In this document: positions 39,971 to 51,017 of the stretch, in pieces | Numbering within the stretch: the stretch's first letter is position 1 | Layout of the letters: each line of letters opens with the position of its first letter | Assembly: GCA_964370865.1 (NCBI GenBank) | Contig: CAYJKF010000003.1 | Location: 7,735-71,734, forward strand | Length of the DNA stretch: 64,000 nt | Source: an uncultured Candidatus Saccharibacteria bacterium | GTDB lineage: Bacteria; Patescibacteriota; WWE3; 2-01-FULL-39-13 | Reading direction: 5' to 3' | Notes under the pieces: generated by a model | What the model was told of the DNA's origin: nothing | The model's input: only the letters and a program-made list of their open reading frames with translations | The model's database searches: none | Program-made: the position numbers and the translations under genes

Positions 39971-41902
39971 TTATTCAACTTCTCCTTCGACAGCATCGTT
40001 TTTATTGTCTTTTGGCTTATCGCCATCAGGAGAATCCTGAGTTCCAGATTGGGATTGATCACCATTTTCTGAACCTGTTGCATCTGCTGACTTATTATCT
40101 GTAGAAGCGTAGAGAATACTTCCTAGTTCCATTAATAATTTATTAACTTCTTCGGTCTTTGAAGTTATTACTGCATCATCCGATGAAGTTTTAATTAAGT
40201 CTTTTAATTCATTTAGTTGTTTTTCTAGCTCTTCCTTCTTGTCAGCTGGTAATTTATCACCATTTTCTCTAACTGACTTTTCAGCAGAATAAACTACGTT
40301 TTCTGCGGTATTCTTTGCTTCAACCGCTTTTTTACGTTTTTCATCATCAGCTTTATGAGTTTCAGCCTCTTTTACCATACGTTCCACCTCGGCATCAGAT
40401 AAACCTGTACTACCTTGAATAGTGATTTTTTGCTCTTTGTTCGTGGCTTTATCTTTAGCAGTTACGTGCAAAATTCCGTTTGCATCGATATCAAATTTAA
40501 CTTCAATTTGTGGGACACCTCTTGGTGCAGGTGGTATTCCATCTAGAATAAATGTACCTAGTGATTTATTATCGCTGGCCATTTCTCTTTCTCCTTGAAG
40601 AACATTAATCTGTACGCTAGTTTGGCTATCAGCCGCTGTACTGTAAACTTGAGATGCACTTGTTGGAATTGTTGTATTACGTTTTATAACTGCCGTACTA
40701 ACTCCTCCAAGAGTTTCGATACCAAGAGATAGGGGAGTAACATCCAATAAAACTACATCCTTAACATCTCCTGTTAAAACTCCACCTTGAATTGCAGCAC
40801 CGATAGCTACAACTTCATCAGGATTAACTCCTTGGTGGGGCTCTTTACCAAAAAATTCTTTAACTTTTGAAACAATTTTTGGTGTTCTAGTCATTCCTCC
40901 AACTAAAACAACTTCTTGGATTTGTTCTTTACTAAAACCAGAATCCTTCAAAGCTTGTTTTAGTGGTTCTAAGGTTTGATCAATAAGATCACTGACTAAC
41001 TGCTCATATTTAGACCGAGTTAACGTTACATCCATGTGTTTTGGACCACTTTGATCTGCAGTAATAAACGGAATACTAATTTGTGTTGACTCTACACTAC
41101 TAAGCTCGATTTTGGCTTTTTCAGCAGCATCTTTTAACCTTTGCATTGCTTGTTTATCACCGGTTAAATCGACACCATTATCTTTTTTGAATTCTTGAAT
41201 TAACCACTCAATAACTTTTTTATCAAAATCATCTCCGCCTAGTAAGGTATTTCCGTTTGTAGCTTTAACTTCAAAAACTCCATCACCGATTTCTAAAATT
41301 GAAATATCAAAAGTACCTCCACCTAAATCGTAAACGGCGATAATTTCATTATTCTTTTTATCCAAACCATAAGCTAACGAAGCAGCTGTTGGTTCGTTTA
41401 TAATTCTTTCAACTTCTAAACCTGCAATTTTACCAGCTTCCTTTGTAGCATTACGCTGAGCGTCATTAAAATAAGCAGGAACTGTAATTACAGCTTTAGT
41501 AATGGTTTCACCTAAAAATCTTTCTGCATCAGCTTTTAATTTTCTTAAAACATGTGCTGAAATTTCTTGAGGTGTGTATTCTTTACCATCAATTTCAACT
41601 ACAGCCATTCCGTTTGCATTAGATTTAATGTTGTACGGTACTTCTGCTTTAATTTTTTGAACCTCTTCATCAGAAAACTTTCTACCCATAATACTTTTTA
41701 CAGAATAGATTGTATTTTTAGGATTGATAACAGCTTGTCTTTTAGCAGCTGCTCCTACAGTTATTTCTGAATTAGATATTGTTACTACAGATGGAGTAGT
41801 TCTATTTCCCTCTGCGTTTTCTATGATCTTGGATTTGCCACCTTCCATTATAGACATGGCACTGTTTGTTGTTCCGAGATCTATTCCTATAATTTTGCTC
41901 AT
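39971..41902 (-). CDS. dnaK: Hsp70 chaperone
   Basis: [31 protein letters not shown]. Confidence 0.98.
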   Translation of the reverse strand: MSKIIGIDLGTTNSAMSIMEGGKSKIIENAEGNRTTPSVVTISNSEITVGAAAKRQAVINPKNTIYSVKSIMGRKFSDEEVQKIKAEVPYNIKSNANGMAVVEIDGKEYTPQEISAHVLRKLKADAERFLGETITKAVITVPAYFNDAQRNATKEAGKIAGLEVERIINEPTAASLAYGLDKKNNEIIAVYDLGGGTFDISILEIGDGVFEVKATNGNTLLGGDDFDKKVIEWLIQEFKKDNGVDLTGDKQAMQRLKDAAEKAKIELSSVESTQISIPFITADQSGPKHMDVTLTRSKYEQLVSDLIDQTLEPLKQALKDSGFSKEQIQEVVLVGGMTRTPKIVSKVKEFFGKEPHQGVNPDEVVAIGAAIQGGVLTGDVKDVVLLDVTPLSLGIETLGGVSTAVIKRNTTIPTSASQVYSTAADSQTSVQINVLQGEREMASDNKSLGTFILDGIPPAPRGVPQIEVKFDIDANGILHVTAKDKATNKEQKITIQGSTGLSDAEVERMVKEAETHKADDEKRKKAVEAKNTAENVVYSAEKSVRENGDKLPADKKEELEKQLNELKDLIKTSSDDAVITSKTEEVNKLLMELGSILYASTDNKSADATGSENGDQSQSGTQDSPDGDKPKDNKNDAVEGEVE

Positions 41903-41930
41903 TTTATTTCTCCTTTTTTAAAATATTTAA

Positions 41931-42380
41931 TTATTTACTTTTATTACCTACTGCAACGATGGCTATTTGTATAACCTTCGAATTTAATATGTATCCCTTA
42001 CGATATATTTTCATTATTTTTCCGTCTTCACCATCAACGGACTCTATTGCTTCGTGCAAATTTGGATCAAATTGCGTTTTTCCTATATCAATCTTAATTT
42101 CTGTTAAGCCATATGATTCTAAAGTTTTAGTGAAATTATCTTTAACTTTATTTAATCCAGCATCATTTAAATGTTCTTCTGCTTTTTCTAAATCCAATAA
42201 AACACTTAACAGTTTCTTTATTAATTCTTCATTAGCATATTCAATAAATCTTTTACGATCTTCTTCAGTTCGTTTTTCTAGATTTTGATAGTCTGCTAAC
42301 GACCTTTTATATTTATTCTCGAGCTCATTTATTTGCTCAGTTAACTTATCTATTTGTTTTTCGTTCTCTTTATGTGACAT
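41931..42380 (-). CDS. grpE: Nucleotide exchange factor
   Basis: ADYQNLEKR, FDPNLHEA, KGY; operon position. Confidence 0.92.
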   Translation of the reverse strand: MSHKENEKQIDKLTEQINELENKYKRSLADYQNLEKRTEEDRKRFIEYANEELIKKLLSVLLDLEKAEEHLNDAGLNKVKDNFTKTLESYGLTEIKIDIGKTQFDPNLHEAIESVDGEDGKIMKIYRKGYILNSKVIQIAIVAVGNKSK

Positions 42381-42384
42381 ATGA

Positions 42385-43110
42385 TTATAAATTTTGGCCT
42401 ACTTCTGTTAACAGAGTTTTCATATAACGAAGAATCGGTAAATTTTTTTCGTAATTAGATCTAGCTGGACCGATTACACCGACAAAACATTGGTGAGTAC
42501 CAAGAACCGTATGAATTGCAGTTATACAAACTGGATCCATATGTGCTAAACCTATTTCACGTCCAATCAAGACTGTTACGTCTCGATCTGATACATGACT
42601 AGTAATTATCGATTTTATTAATTCGTAATCATCAACGAATCTCAATACCGATTTTGTTACGTCTATTTCAAAGAACTCTGGTTTATCAAGAATTTTACTT
42701 GTTCCAGTATAAGAAATGTATCCGTCATCTGTGACTGCAAATGCTAAGCTATCTGTCAGATCGGACAGTACTTGCGCAGCATTTCTTAATAATCTTTCAA
42801 TCTCGTAGCGCTCATTCCAAATCTTCTGTCTCATCGAGACTTCCTCTACAACACTAATTGGAACCTCTACCATTAATTCAGAGATATAGTATCTATAAGC
42901 TCTTTCGTTAGGTACTCTTCCGCTTGATACGTGAAGCATATTTAAATACCCTTTACGTACAAGATCAGACATTATATTTCTTACAGTAGCTCCACTTACA
43001 GTTAACCTTCTATTTTCTACTAATTCTACTGAACCTACAGGCTGTGCGCTTTTAATATATTCCTCTATAATTGCCTTTAGTATTTGGCTTTGCCTCGGTG
43101 ATAGATTCAT
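42385..43110 (-). CDS. hrcA: Heat-inducible repressor, short form
   Basis: RQSQILKAIIEEYI..AQPVGS, SGATVRN, HVSSGRVP, GVIGP.R.NY. Confidence 0.92.
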   Translation of the reverse strand: MNLSPRQSQILKAIIEEYIKSAQPVGSVELVENRRLTVSGATVRNIMSDLVRKGYLNMLHVSSGRVPNERAYRYYISELMVEVPISVVEEVSMRQKIWNERYEIERLLRNAAQVLSDLTDSLAFAVTDDGYISYTGTSKILDKPEFFEIDVTKSVLRFVDDYELIKSIITSHVSDRDVTVLIGREIGLAHMDPVCITAIHTVLGTHQCFVGVIGPARSNYEKNLPILRYMKTLLTEVGQNL

Positions 43111-43149
43111 CTATCACTCATAGTACTATGAGTGATAGCCTTTCGTCAA
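43111..43149 (-). promoter_or_regulatory. hrcA promoter with variant CIRCE operator
   Basis: Perfect 28-bp palindrome CTATCACTC-N10-GAGTGATAG (43111-43138); minus strand TTGACG-N18-TACTAT. Confidence 0.75.
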
Positions 43150-43157
43150 CAGTAAAA

Positions 43158-43955
43158 ATGCAAGAATTTAAAGCAGTAAAACATTTAGGACAAAACTTCC
43201 TACAAAATCATAAGATAGCTGATTTAACAGTCGAATCTCTTGATATCCAAAAAGGGGACAGAGTACTTGAAATAGGGCCTGGACCAGGCATTTTAACTGA
43301 AAGAATTATACAGAAGAACCTTTCGAAACTAACTTTAGTCGAGCTCGACAATAAGTTCCTAAATAAACTTAAGCTTATCACTCTTGGACATTACGACATT
43401 GTAGAAATTAGAAACGAAAATATTCTTGACTACTTAAATACTGGAAAAATAGAACATAATAAAATTATCGGAGCAATTCCATACAACATTACTTCCCCCC
43501 TTTTTCACAAAATTCTAAGTTTAGACGTTTTACCTGAAACAATTGTTATGATAATTCAACTCGAGGTCGCAAATAAAATTACAAATTACGACGCGGGAAG
43601 TAACTACTGGAATTTAGTAACGATGATGTACGATAAACAACTCGTCGCCAAAGTTCCAGCAAAAGATTTCTTACCATCACCCAAAGTTGATAGCGCAGTA
43701 ATTAAACTACAAATTAATAACGCTAACTATGACATTTTTAAAAATGAAATCGGTTCGCTTTTTAGGTGGTCAAAATTCTTACATTCATTCTTTATTTCTC
43801 CACGTAAAAAATTAAATAAAAGTTTATATAAAAATGTATTAACTCAATTAGATATTGATACGAACCTACGACCACATCAGTTATCTCAATCGCAAATCCT
43901 CGAAGTATTCCGACTAGCGGTTAAAAGTGGTATTCTTAAAACCGAAAACAAATGA
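43158..43955 (+). CDS. rsmA: 16S rRNA dimethyladenosine transferase
   Basis: KHLGQNFL, LEIGPGPG, VELD, IPYNIT, F.PSPKVDSA. Confidence 0.92.
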   Translation: MQEFKAVKHLGQNFLQNHKIADLTVESLDIQKGDRVLEIGPGPGILTERIIQKNLSKLTLVELDNKFLNKLKLITLGHYDIVEIRNENILDYLNTGKIEHNKIIGAIPYNITSPLFHKILSLDVLPETIVMIIQLEVANKITNYDAGSNYWNLVTMMYDKQLVAKVPAKDFLPSPKVDSAVIKLQINNANYDIFKNEIGSLFRWSKFLHSFFISPRKKLNKSLYKNVLTQLDIDTNLRPHQLSQSQILEVFRLAVKSGILKTENK

Positions 43956-44911
43956 AACACCTCGAAGAACATATCGTACAATCAGATATTTGGGAAAATT
44001 TTAAAAACGAATTTGGCAACGAAACGTTAAAAGTTGCAGATGTACTTATTATTAAACATAAAATACCTTTACTACCTTATTATGTTGGATATGCACCACG
44101 TGTAAATTTTCTTACTCAAAATTGCAGTTGGAAGGAACTAAAAAAGATTTGCAAAGATGAAAGAATAATTTTTGTAAGATTTGATATACCAAACATTACA
44201 AAAGATCAGATTACATCCGGAAGATCGGCAAAAGTTTTCGAGGACCTTGTCAAACATTGCAAGAAATCCCCAAGAAACACATTTGCTAAGTGGAATATTC
44301 TTTTAAATTTAAACCGTTCGGAATCAGAAATTATCGACTCATTTAGTCAGAAGACTAGGTATAACGTGCGACTTGCTTCAAAAAAGGGCGTTTACACAAA
44401 AGTCGAGAACACTGAAGCAGGGTTTAAGGTCTTTATTAAACTTTTAAAAGAGACATCTAAAAGACAGAAATATTTAATTCATTCAGAAAGCTACTATAAA
44501 AAATTGTTTAAAATGCTTTTAGAGCAGAAAATGGTTAATATTTTAAACGCTTATCATAATGACCAACCTTTAGCATCCTGGTTTCTAATTAACTATAGAA
44601 AAACTTTTTACTATCCATATGGGGGATCTTCTGAATTGCATAAGAATTTAATGGCTTCGAATTTAATAGCTTGGGATGCAATAGCACTTGGAAAATCCCT
44701 TGGATGTGAATTATTCGATATGTGGGGAGCTACAAATGATCAAAATAGTTCATGGTGGGGATTTACTAAATTTAAATTAGGTTACGGTGGAGAGTTAGTA
44801 GAATACATTGATTCATACGATTTCTACGTTAATAAACCGATGTCATTTTTGTTTAATACGGCTTATCAGACTTTTTGGAATATCGTAGGATTCGGTAGAC
44901 GTTTTAGATAG
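43952..44911 (+). CDS. FemABX/MurM lipid II peptidyl transferase
   Basis: QSDIWENFK, KTRYNVRLA.KKG, YPYGGS, FDMWG, GFTKFKLGYGG. Confidence 0.9.
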   Translation: MKHLEEHIVQSDIWENFKNEFGNETLKVADVLIIKHKIPLLPYYVGYAPRVNFLTQNCSWKELKKICKDERIIFVRFDIPNITKDQITSGRSAKVFEDLVKHCKKSPRNTFAKWNILLNLNRSESEIIDSFSQKTRYNVRLASKKGVYTKVENTEAGFKVFIKLLKETSKRQKYLIHSESYYKKLFKMLLEQKMVNILNAYHNDQPLASWFLINYRKTFYYPYGGSSELHKNLMASNLIAWDAIALGKSLGCELFDMWGATNDQNSSWWGFTKFKLGYGGELVEYIDSYDFYVNKPMSFLFNTAYQTFWNIVGFGRRFR

Positions 44912-44927
44912 AAAATAACGACTAGTG

Positions 44928-47900
44928 TTAATTTAATTCGTGTTTACCAATTCCATTTGGCCAACAGTGTTTTTCATATGCACAACCTTTACAAGTAGAA
45001 AGATCAGTTGTCCGCTCAAATTTTAATTCATGAATCGCTTTCCAGGTTGATCTAATTTCTTCTTTAGCTCCATCTAAACTAATATCAGAAACATCAAAAG
45101 ATTCTCGTTTTGCATCTAGTTTTCCGTTGCCTAAAAAATCTAGTTCAACTATATTAACTTTGAGTTTTATACGTCTGCTTAATTCAACCAAAAGTTTATA
45201 GAAAAGCATTTGTCTAAATAGCTTTCCATCAGAATTTGCTGTTTTTCCTAAAATTTCATTGCGGGTTTTAGGTTTGCCTGTTTTGTAATCGACTATTTTA
45301 ACGGACTTGTCATCTATGTTTAAGTCGATAATTTTATCGATTTTCCCTTGTAATAATATATCGCCATCTAATACAGGTAAATCAAAATCGAAGCCAAAGT
45401 ATTTTTCTAAAAACAGAATATTGTGTTCAGAATTGCTGAATTCTTCCTTATATTTTTCGTAATACTTAGTTAAGGTAGCCTCTCCTTCTGATTTTATTTC
45501 TTTATAATCTTTTGCACTTACAATTTGTTTATCGAGGAATTCATTAAATTTGGTAATCATAAAATCAATTGATGCCACTTCATTATTAATTAGTTTCTTA
45601 TAAGCATTTTCTAGAGCGTAGTGAATTGAACTTCCCATAGTTAAAGCCTTATGGAGTTCTCTCGGCGTGTGAAATAGAAAGTCTAATTTAAATTTATAGG
45701 CGCAATCTAAGTATGTATTCAAAGAAGTAGCACTAAGTTTAAAATTCTTCAAGGCATTTTGTAAGAATTGGATTTCATCCGGATTATCATTTGCAGGAGA
45801 ACTTCTACTTTGCATAATTGTCTGAAGAAGTTCAATTCCTATTTGATTATACTTTTCATCATTTGCGTTATTAACAAGTACCGGATCTATTTCATATAAA
45901 TATTTTGAGGAAATCGCATCTTTCTCGCCAGTTACTCCATAAGTTTTTGCATTAGAAATATATAAATGATTTTTTGTACGTGTAATTGCAACGTATACTA
46001 AACGACGCTCATCCTCGTCATTTAGCGTTTTAGGATCTATCGGGTTCTTATCCACGTTGGATGGTATTTTTATTAGGTCTCTAATCACATTATTACCCCA
46101 TTTTTTATCAGTAAAATAGGGGATAAATACATGCTGAAATTCAAGCCCCTTAGATTTATGAGCAGTCATTAAATTAACCGAGTTCTCAGAGAGGTTTAAA
46201 TCTTCTTCTGTAATTCTAATATTGTGCTCAATCATTAGTTCTAGGTTATTTACTAACTCTCTAAGGCTTAATTTGTGATTCGTTTGATTAAGCTTTTTAA
46301 TATCAGACAGAAATGAATTAAGTTTATTTAGTAATCTAAAATTATCTTTCTGATTAAGTACCCATATTAAATATCCAGTGTCATCAAGTAATTGCCTGAT
46401 AAAATCAAAAACCTGAGCATTATGGGACTTTTCTTGCAAGGTGGCAATCATATCAAAGAAGTCTCTAAAGGCTTGAATATCGATACCAATTTCAGCAACC
46501 TCATCAGAATAGACGGCTTCAAATAAAGGTATCTTCTTTTCAGTGGCGTATCTTGAAAGTTTTAATACATCTAGTGGCTTAAGTTTAATAAATTCATAGT
46601 TCATTAGCACAAAGAGTTCGCTTTCTTCCTGTTTTATATTTATTCTAGAGATCACATTCAATATATGAATTAGCCTTGTTATAATTCCTGATGTTAAAAT
46701 ATTTTCTCCGCCAGCAATTTGATAACGTATACCAAATCTAGAAAACATCTCTGCAATTGTTTCAACATCTTGGTTATTTCTATAAATAACTGCAATCTCT
46801 GCGGGGTTGGTACCAGAAGCAATTAATTCTCTAACTTTATCCGCTATAAAAAACGACTCAGCATAATGATTTATGAATTCGAAGTTATCAATTTGAACAG
46901 ATGATTTATCCTCAGGAATTTCTGATTTTAGCGATTTAGTAATATCCAATATGCTAGAAATTCTGTTTTCGTTATGAGCAATTAGTGATGCTGCAGCATC
47001 TAACACATATTGTTGGCTTCGGTAGTTTTTATCAAGTACAACTTTTTTACAGTTTGGATATTTTTCTAAAAAGGATTTAATATTATCGATAGATGCTCCT
47101 TGAAATCTATAAATAGATTGGTCATCGTCACCTACCACGAATAAATTTGGATTCTCTTTATCAAACTCAGTTAATTTAGTTAAGAGTTCAAATTGTGACC
47201 CATTTGTATCTTGAAACTCGTCAACTAAAAAGTATAAAAACCTTTCTTGATATTTTAGTAGTAACTCAGAGTTTGTTTCAAAGGCTTTAATTACAAAATT
47301 AATCATATCCTCAAAGTCATATCGCTTACTAGCCTTTATCATTTCTTCGTATTGGATATAAACCTCAAGTAATTCCTGGTTTTTAAGAAGGTCCTCTCCC
47401 ACGATTTCCGATTCTTTAATAATTGTCTGGTACTCATCGGGTAAAATACCTTCACGCTTTAGGTATTTAATTTTATTAATGATGGTTCCAAGATAATAAT
47501 AAGAAGCATTAAATGGCTTAATCATTTTGAAATTACTTTTATCCAGGATATCTCTAAATATAAAAATTCTCTCTAAATCTGAAAGTGGTTCGATGTCGCC
47601 GTGAATAATAAAATGGCTTGGATTATTTCGAATTACATCAGTAGCAAATGAATGGAATGTATATATTCCAATATCATAGGCTGTTGGTCCGATAATTGAG
47701 CGGAGTCTATCTCTCATGGCTCTAACTCCAGATTCAGTAAAAGTTAAGGCTAAGATTTCAGAAGGATTTGTATCAGTCTTAGTTAAGATATTTGCGATTC
47801 GAGAAGTTAGGATTTGTGTTTTTCCAGTACCTGGCCCCGCTAAAACAAGAACAGGGCCTTCAAGAGCGTCAACGGCATCTTTTTGTCTGTCATTTAATTT

Positions 47901-47942
47901 TTTATATACTTCTTGAAATGTTTTATCGTACTGCGTTGTCAC
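44928..47942 (-). CDS. UvrD/PcrA-like helicase with C-terminal PD-(D/E)xK nuclease
   Basis: AGPGTGKT, DEFQD, GDDDQSIYRF, KSKGLEF, YVAITR; GKID..VDYKTG; C...CxxCxxxxxC. Confidence 0.92.
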   Translation of the reverse strand: MTTQYDKTFQEVYKKLNDRQKDAVDALEGPVLVLAGPGTGKTQILTSRIANILTKTDTNPSEILALTFTESGVRAMRDRLRSIIGPTAYDIGIYTFHSFATDVIRNNPSHFIIHGDIEPLSDLERIFIFRDILDKSNFKMIKPFNASYYYLGTIINKIKYLKREGILPDEYQTIIKESEIVGEDLLKNQELLEVYIQYEEMIKASKRYDFEDMINFVIKAFETNSELLLKYQERFLYFLVDEFQDTNGSQFELLTKLTEFDKENPNLFVVGDDDQSIYRFQGASIDNIKSFLEKYPNCKKVVLDKNYRSQQYVLDAAASLIAHNENRISSILDITKSLKSEIPEDKSSVQIDNFEFINHYAESFFIADKVRELIASGTNPAEIAVIYRNNQDVETIAEMFSRFGIRYQIAGGENILTSGIITRLIHILNVISRINIKQEESELFVLMNYEFIKLKPLDVLKLSRYATEKKIPLFEAVYSDEVAEIGIDIQAFRDFFDMIATLQEKSHNAQVFDFIRQLLDDTGYLIWVLNQKDNFRLLNKLNSFLSDIKKLNQTNHKLSLRELVNNLELMIEHNIRITEEDLNLSENSVNLMTAHKSKGLEFQHVFIPYFTDKKWGNNVIRDLIKIPSNVDKNPIDPKTLNDEDERRLVYVAITRTKNHLYISNAKTYGVTGEKDAISSKYLYEIDPVLVNNANDEKYNQIGIELLQTIMQSRSSPANDNPDEIQFLQNALKNFKLSATSLNTYLDCAYKFKLDFLFHTPRELHKALTMGSSIHYALENAYKKLINNEVASIDFMITKFNEFLDKQIVSAKDYKEIKSEGEATLTKYYEKYKEEFSNSEHNILFLEKYFGFDFDLPVLDGDILLQGKIDKIIDLNIDDKSVKIVDYKTGKPKTRNEILGKTANSDGKLFRQMLFYKLLVELSRRIKLKVNIVELDFLGNGKLDAKRESFDVSDISLDGAKEEIRSTWKAIHELKFERTTDLSTCKGCAYEKHCWPNGIGKHELN

Positions 47943-47968
47943 TTGGTTTGATAGTGAATCATAAAGTT

Positions 47969-48727
47969 CTAACTGTCAATCTCAATATCAATTTCAATAT
48001 TCTCATTAACGAAATTAATTATGCCCTGAGCTATACCTTTTGCTGAAACTTCTGGCTTATTAATCAAGAATTGCGCATCTGAATGATTAGTTAAAAACCC
48101 TGTTTCTACAATAACGCCTGGAGTCATTTCATGAATTGCATGATCATACTTTCTAGTGTTAAATGCATAATATCTTGTCATGTTTCTAGTAATGTTAGGA
48201 TCAAGTGGCAATTTAGTAGTTTCGCCGTATGTATCCTCAATCTGTTTCGATAGTATATCGGCTAAAGACGTTCTATCTCTAGCATAATGTGCTACTTTAT
48301 ATCCTGAAATTGAAGTATCAAGATTTCCATCGGCATGAATTGCTATGAATGCATCCGCCCAGTAATCTTTAGGAACTGTAGCAGGTAGAATATCCACAAC
48401 GTATCCTTGGTCCTCTAATATTTCTTTAGTTTCTTCGGCAATAACAAGCGCTACTTCCCACTCAGTTTTTCCAAATCCAGAAGTCCCACCGCCATTGTCA
48501 CGAATATTTGAAAGTTCATCTGGCATTTCAAGACGTTTATAGTGTCCAACCTGTAAACCAATTTTTATTGGTCCATCTGGCCTTTTCCAACCCTCGGGTA
48601 CTTGTGGCTCAAACCCCATATAGAGGACTTCACCTTTTGATCTAGTTGAGTCATATGTCCAGTATCCAAGACCTGAAATACTTAGCAGAAGGACTAGGAA
48701 CAGGACTACTTTTTGCTTTTTAAACAC
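47969..48727 (-). CDS. N-acetylmuramoyl-L-alanine amidase (Amidase_3)
   Basis: QVGH, TE, AIHAD, PGVIVETGFLTN. Confidence 0.85.
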   Translation of the reverse strand: MFKKQKVVLFLVLLLSISGLGYWTYDSTRSKGEVLYMGFEPQVPEGWKRPDGPIKIGLQVGHYKRLEMPDELSNIRDNGGGTSGFGKTEWEVALVIAEETKEILEDQGYVVDILPATVPKDYWADAFIAIHADGNLDTSISGYKVAHYARDRTSLADILSKQIEDTYGETTKLPLDPNITRNMTRYYAFNTRKYDHAIHEMTPGVIVETGFLTNHSDAQFLINKPEVSAKGIAQGIINFVNENIEIDIEIDS

Positions 48728-48788
48728 TTTAGTAGTTAAGCATGTTGGACTTGAAGTTGGTAGGGGATAATAGTGGCGAAAAACCAGC

Positions 48789-49439
48789 TTATTTTGTATA
48801 TCTATTTTTCTCTCGCCAATTTGTGATTTCTTTGTGATTTCCGTTTAACAATACTTCAGGAACTTTCATTCCATTAAAATCCGCTGGACGTGTATATTGC
48901 GGATAATCTAATAAATTTCTATCGGTTGGATTCGAATAAGATTCCGAGTTATTAAATTCATCATTTTTGATGGCCCCAGGAATTAATCTAACTATAGAAT
49001 CTATAAGTACCATTGCTGGTACTTCACCACCACTTAAAACGTAATCTCCAATCGAAATTTCATAATCAACATATTTATCAATAACCCGCTGATCGATGCC
49101 TTCATATCTTCCACATATGAGTATAAGGTGACTTTGTTTTGATAGATTCTCGGCAGTTGATTGACTATAAGTTGAGCCACTTGGAGTCAAAAATATTACT
49201 TTTGAATTTTCCTGCTTAACGGATTCAATTGCTTTCGATAGTGGCTCTGGCATTAGTACCATTCCGACACCACCACCAAAAGGACGATCATCAACTTGCT
49301 TATATTTATCACTTGTAAATTCACGTAGGTCTAAAACATTTATTTTTACTACTTGAGATTTTTGAGCTTGATTAACAATTCCAGAAATAAGAAAATCTGT
49401 AAATAAATTTGGAAAGATGGTTATGATGTCTATTTGCAT
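48789..49439 (-). CDS. trmD: tRNA (guanine-N1)-methyltransferase
   Basis: VDDRPFGGGVGM, CGRYEGID, SIGDYVLSGGE. Confidence 0.97.
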   Translation of the reverse strand: MQIDIITIFPNLFTDFLISGIVNQAQKSQVVKINVLDLREFTSDKYKQVDDRPFGGGVGMVLMPEPLSKAIESVKQENSKVIFLTPSGSTYSQSTAENLSKQSHLILICGRYEGIDQRVIDKYVDYEISIGDYVLSGGEVPAMVLIDSIVRLIPGAIKNDEFNNSESYSNPTDRNLLDYPQYTRPADFNGMKVPEVLLNGNHKEITNWREKNRYTK

Positions 49440-49490
49440 ATACCTTATACTCTAACTTATGTTCGACTGTACGTTAAACAAATTTAATTT

Positions 49491-51017
49491 CTATAAATAT
49501 TCCGCCTGGTAAACTTCTACCCAAATATGTTTTGAAAATTGCACTTTTTCTAGTTTTGTATAATTAGCATCCATAAAACTTTTGACATCCAAGGCACCAC
49601 TTAAATTATCTGTAATTAGAACATAAAATTTGCTATGCCCTTTCCTCAAAATTTCAATATCTGATCTTAAAAGCTCTTCTGAAACAATTGGTATGGCGCC
49701 TTCTTTCTTATCCCAAATAGGAAAAGTCGTAGCTTTTGCTAGTCCATTATAATAATACTGAAATGGATAGATTGTATAGGCTGGTGTTAATAAGACTATA
49801 TCGCGGGAATCAGCATTATTTTCTATAAACGCAATTGCGTCTTTATAATTTTCTCTCGCAGGATTTTGCATGTGATTTTGTTGAACATATAACATCACAG
49901 CCATTAATAGAAAAAACATACAAACTAATATGTTTCTAGTAACGCCTCTCAATTCAGTTAAATACCAAGCCATAAAAATATAAAGCATAGGAGTAACGAT
50001 AATAAAATACCTGCTTAAAAAAACGGATTTAACAACGACGCTAAAAGTATAACCTAGCAAAATCGGCAGTATGGTACCTAACACTACCAAAAATAGTGTA
50101 TATGAAAAGGGGTTCTGTCTTTTAGTTAGAAAAATAAAGCCAAAGAATATTGATATCGGCCAGACAGATAATAATATCGAACCAATACTATCTGGTAAAA
50201 ACCCTCCAATATATTCAAAATAAGTTTGAATTATATTAAATGGAATTGGGGTCGCAAGTTCTGGTGCGTATGTACCCGACCCGTAATTCATAATTAGGGC
50301 TCTCACCCAAGGGAAAAAAGTTAAACCTATTAATACTGCGCATATTACAAGTTTCAAAAAGCGCGAAGTTACGTTAAAATTCTTAAACTCCTCACTTAAG
50401 CTCATGCTTCGGCTTGAAATTATAAAGAATACAGCCTGTACTAGCAGAACTAACAAAAAGAAATAATGTGTATATACTCCGACTATATTAACTATTACAT
50501 AAAAGAAATAATCAATTAACTTATTTCTTTTTAATGTTCGGATGAAAAATAAATATGAGAGTGTTGTAATAAAAATTAATAACGTATACATACGAATTTC
50601 TCGGCTGTACCAAACCCATATTGGGGACAGCGCAGCGATTAACATCGTATACTTAGATCGATCCTTTCCAATTACTTCCGATGATAGATAATAAATGGCT
50701 GGGATAGTTAATATTCCTGGAATTAATGCTAATAATCTCACCATATAAACATCTGAGCCAAAATATAAAATCCAGTAATGAAGTAAAGAGTTGTGTAGAG
50801 GCAAATGTACATTCTTAAGCATGTACTGAGTTATAAATGGAATAGAATGAGATGCCTGCCAAATGCTTTGAGTTTCATCCAACCTGAGACTTTCCGATTG
50901 AATCCCAATTAGTCGTAAACCAGTAGCCAATACCATTATGGCAAAAAGAATCACCGGTTCTCTTAAGAGATACTTGACCTTGAGTTTGTAATTATGTCTT
51001 AATATTTTTCTAAACAT
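49491..51017 (-). CDS. GT-C (PMT/ArnT-like) membrane glycosyltransferase
   Basis: SLRLDE, HLPLH, YSREIRMY, YTHY; multi-TM. Confidence 0.8.
   Translation of the reverse strand: MFRKILRHNYKLKVKYLLREPVILFAIMVLATGLRLIGIQSESLRLDETQSIWQASHSIPFITQYMLKNVHLPLHNSLLHYWILYFGSDVYMVRLLALIPGILTIPAIYYLSSEVIGKDRSKYTMLIAALSPIWVWYSREIRMYTLLIFITTLSYLFFIRTLKRNKLIDYFFYVIVNIVGVYTHYFFLLVLLVQAVFFIISSRSMSLSEEFKNFNVTSRFLKLVICAVLIGLTFFPWVRALIMNYGSGTYAPELATPIPFNIIQTYFEYIGGFLPDSIGSILLSVWPISIFFGFIFLTKRQNPFSYTLFLVVLGTILPILLGYTFSVVVKSVFLSRYFIIVTPMLYIFMAWYLTELRGVTRNILVCMFFLLMAVMLYVQQNHMQNPARENYKDAIAFIENNADSRDIVLLTPAYTIYPFQYYYNGLAKATTFPIWDKKEGAIPIVSEELLRSDIEILRKGHSKFYVLITDNLSGALDVKSFMDANYTKLEKVQFSKHIWVEVYQAEYL

Noticed and set aside
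44928-47942. UvrD-nuclease fusion as a defence or Cas4 system
   Set aside because: Housekeeping neighbourhood; consistent with AddA/AdnAB-like repair enzymes
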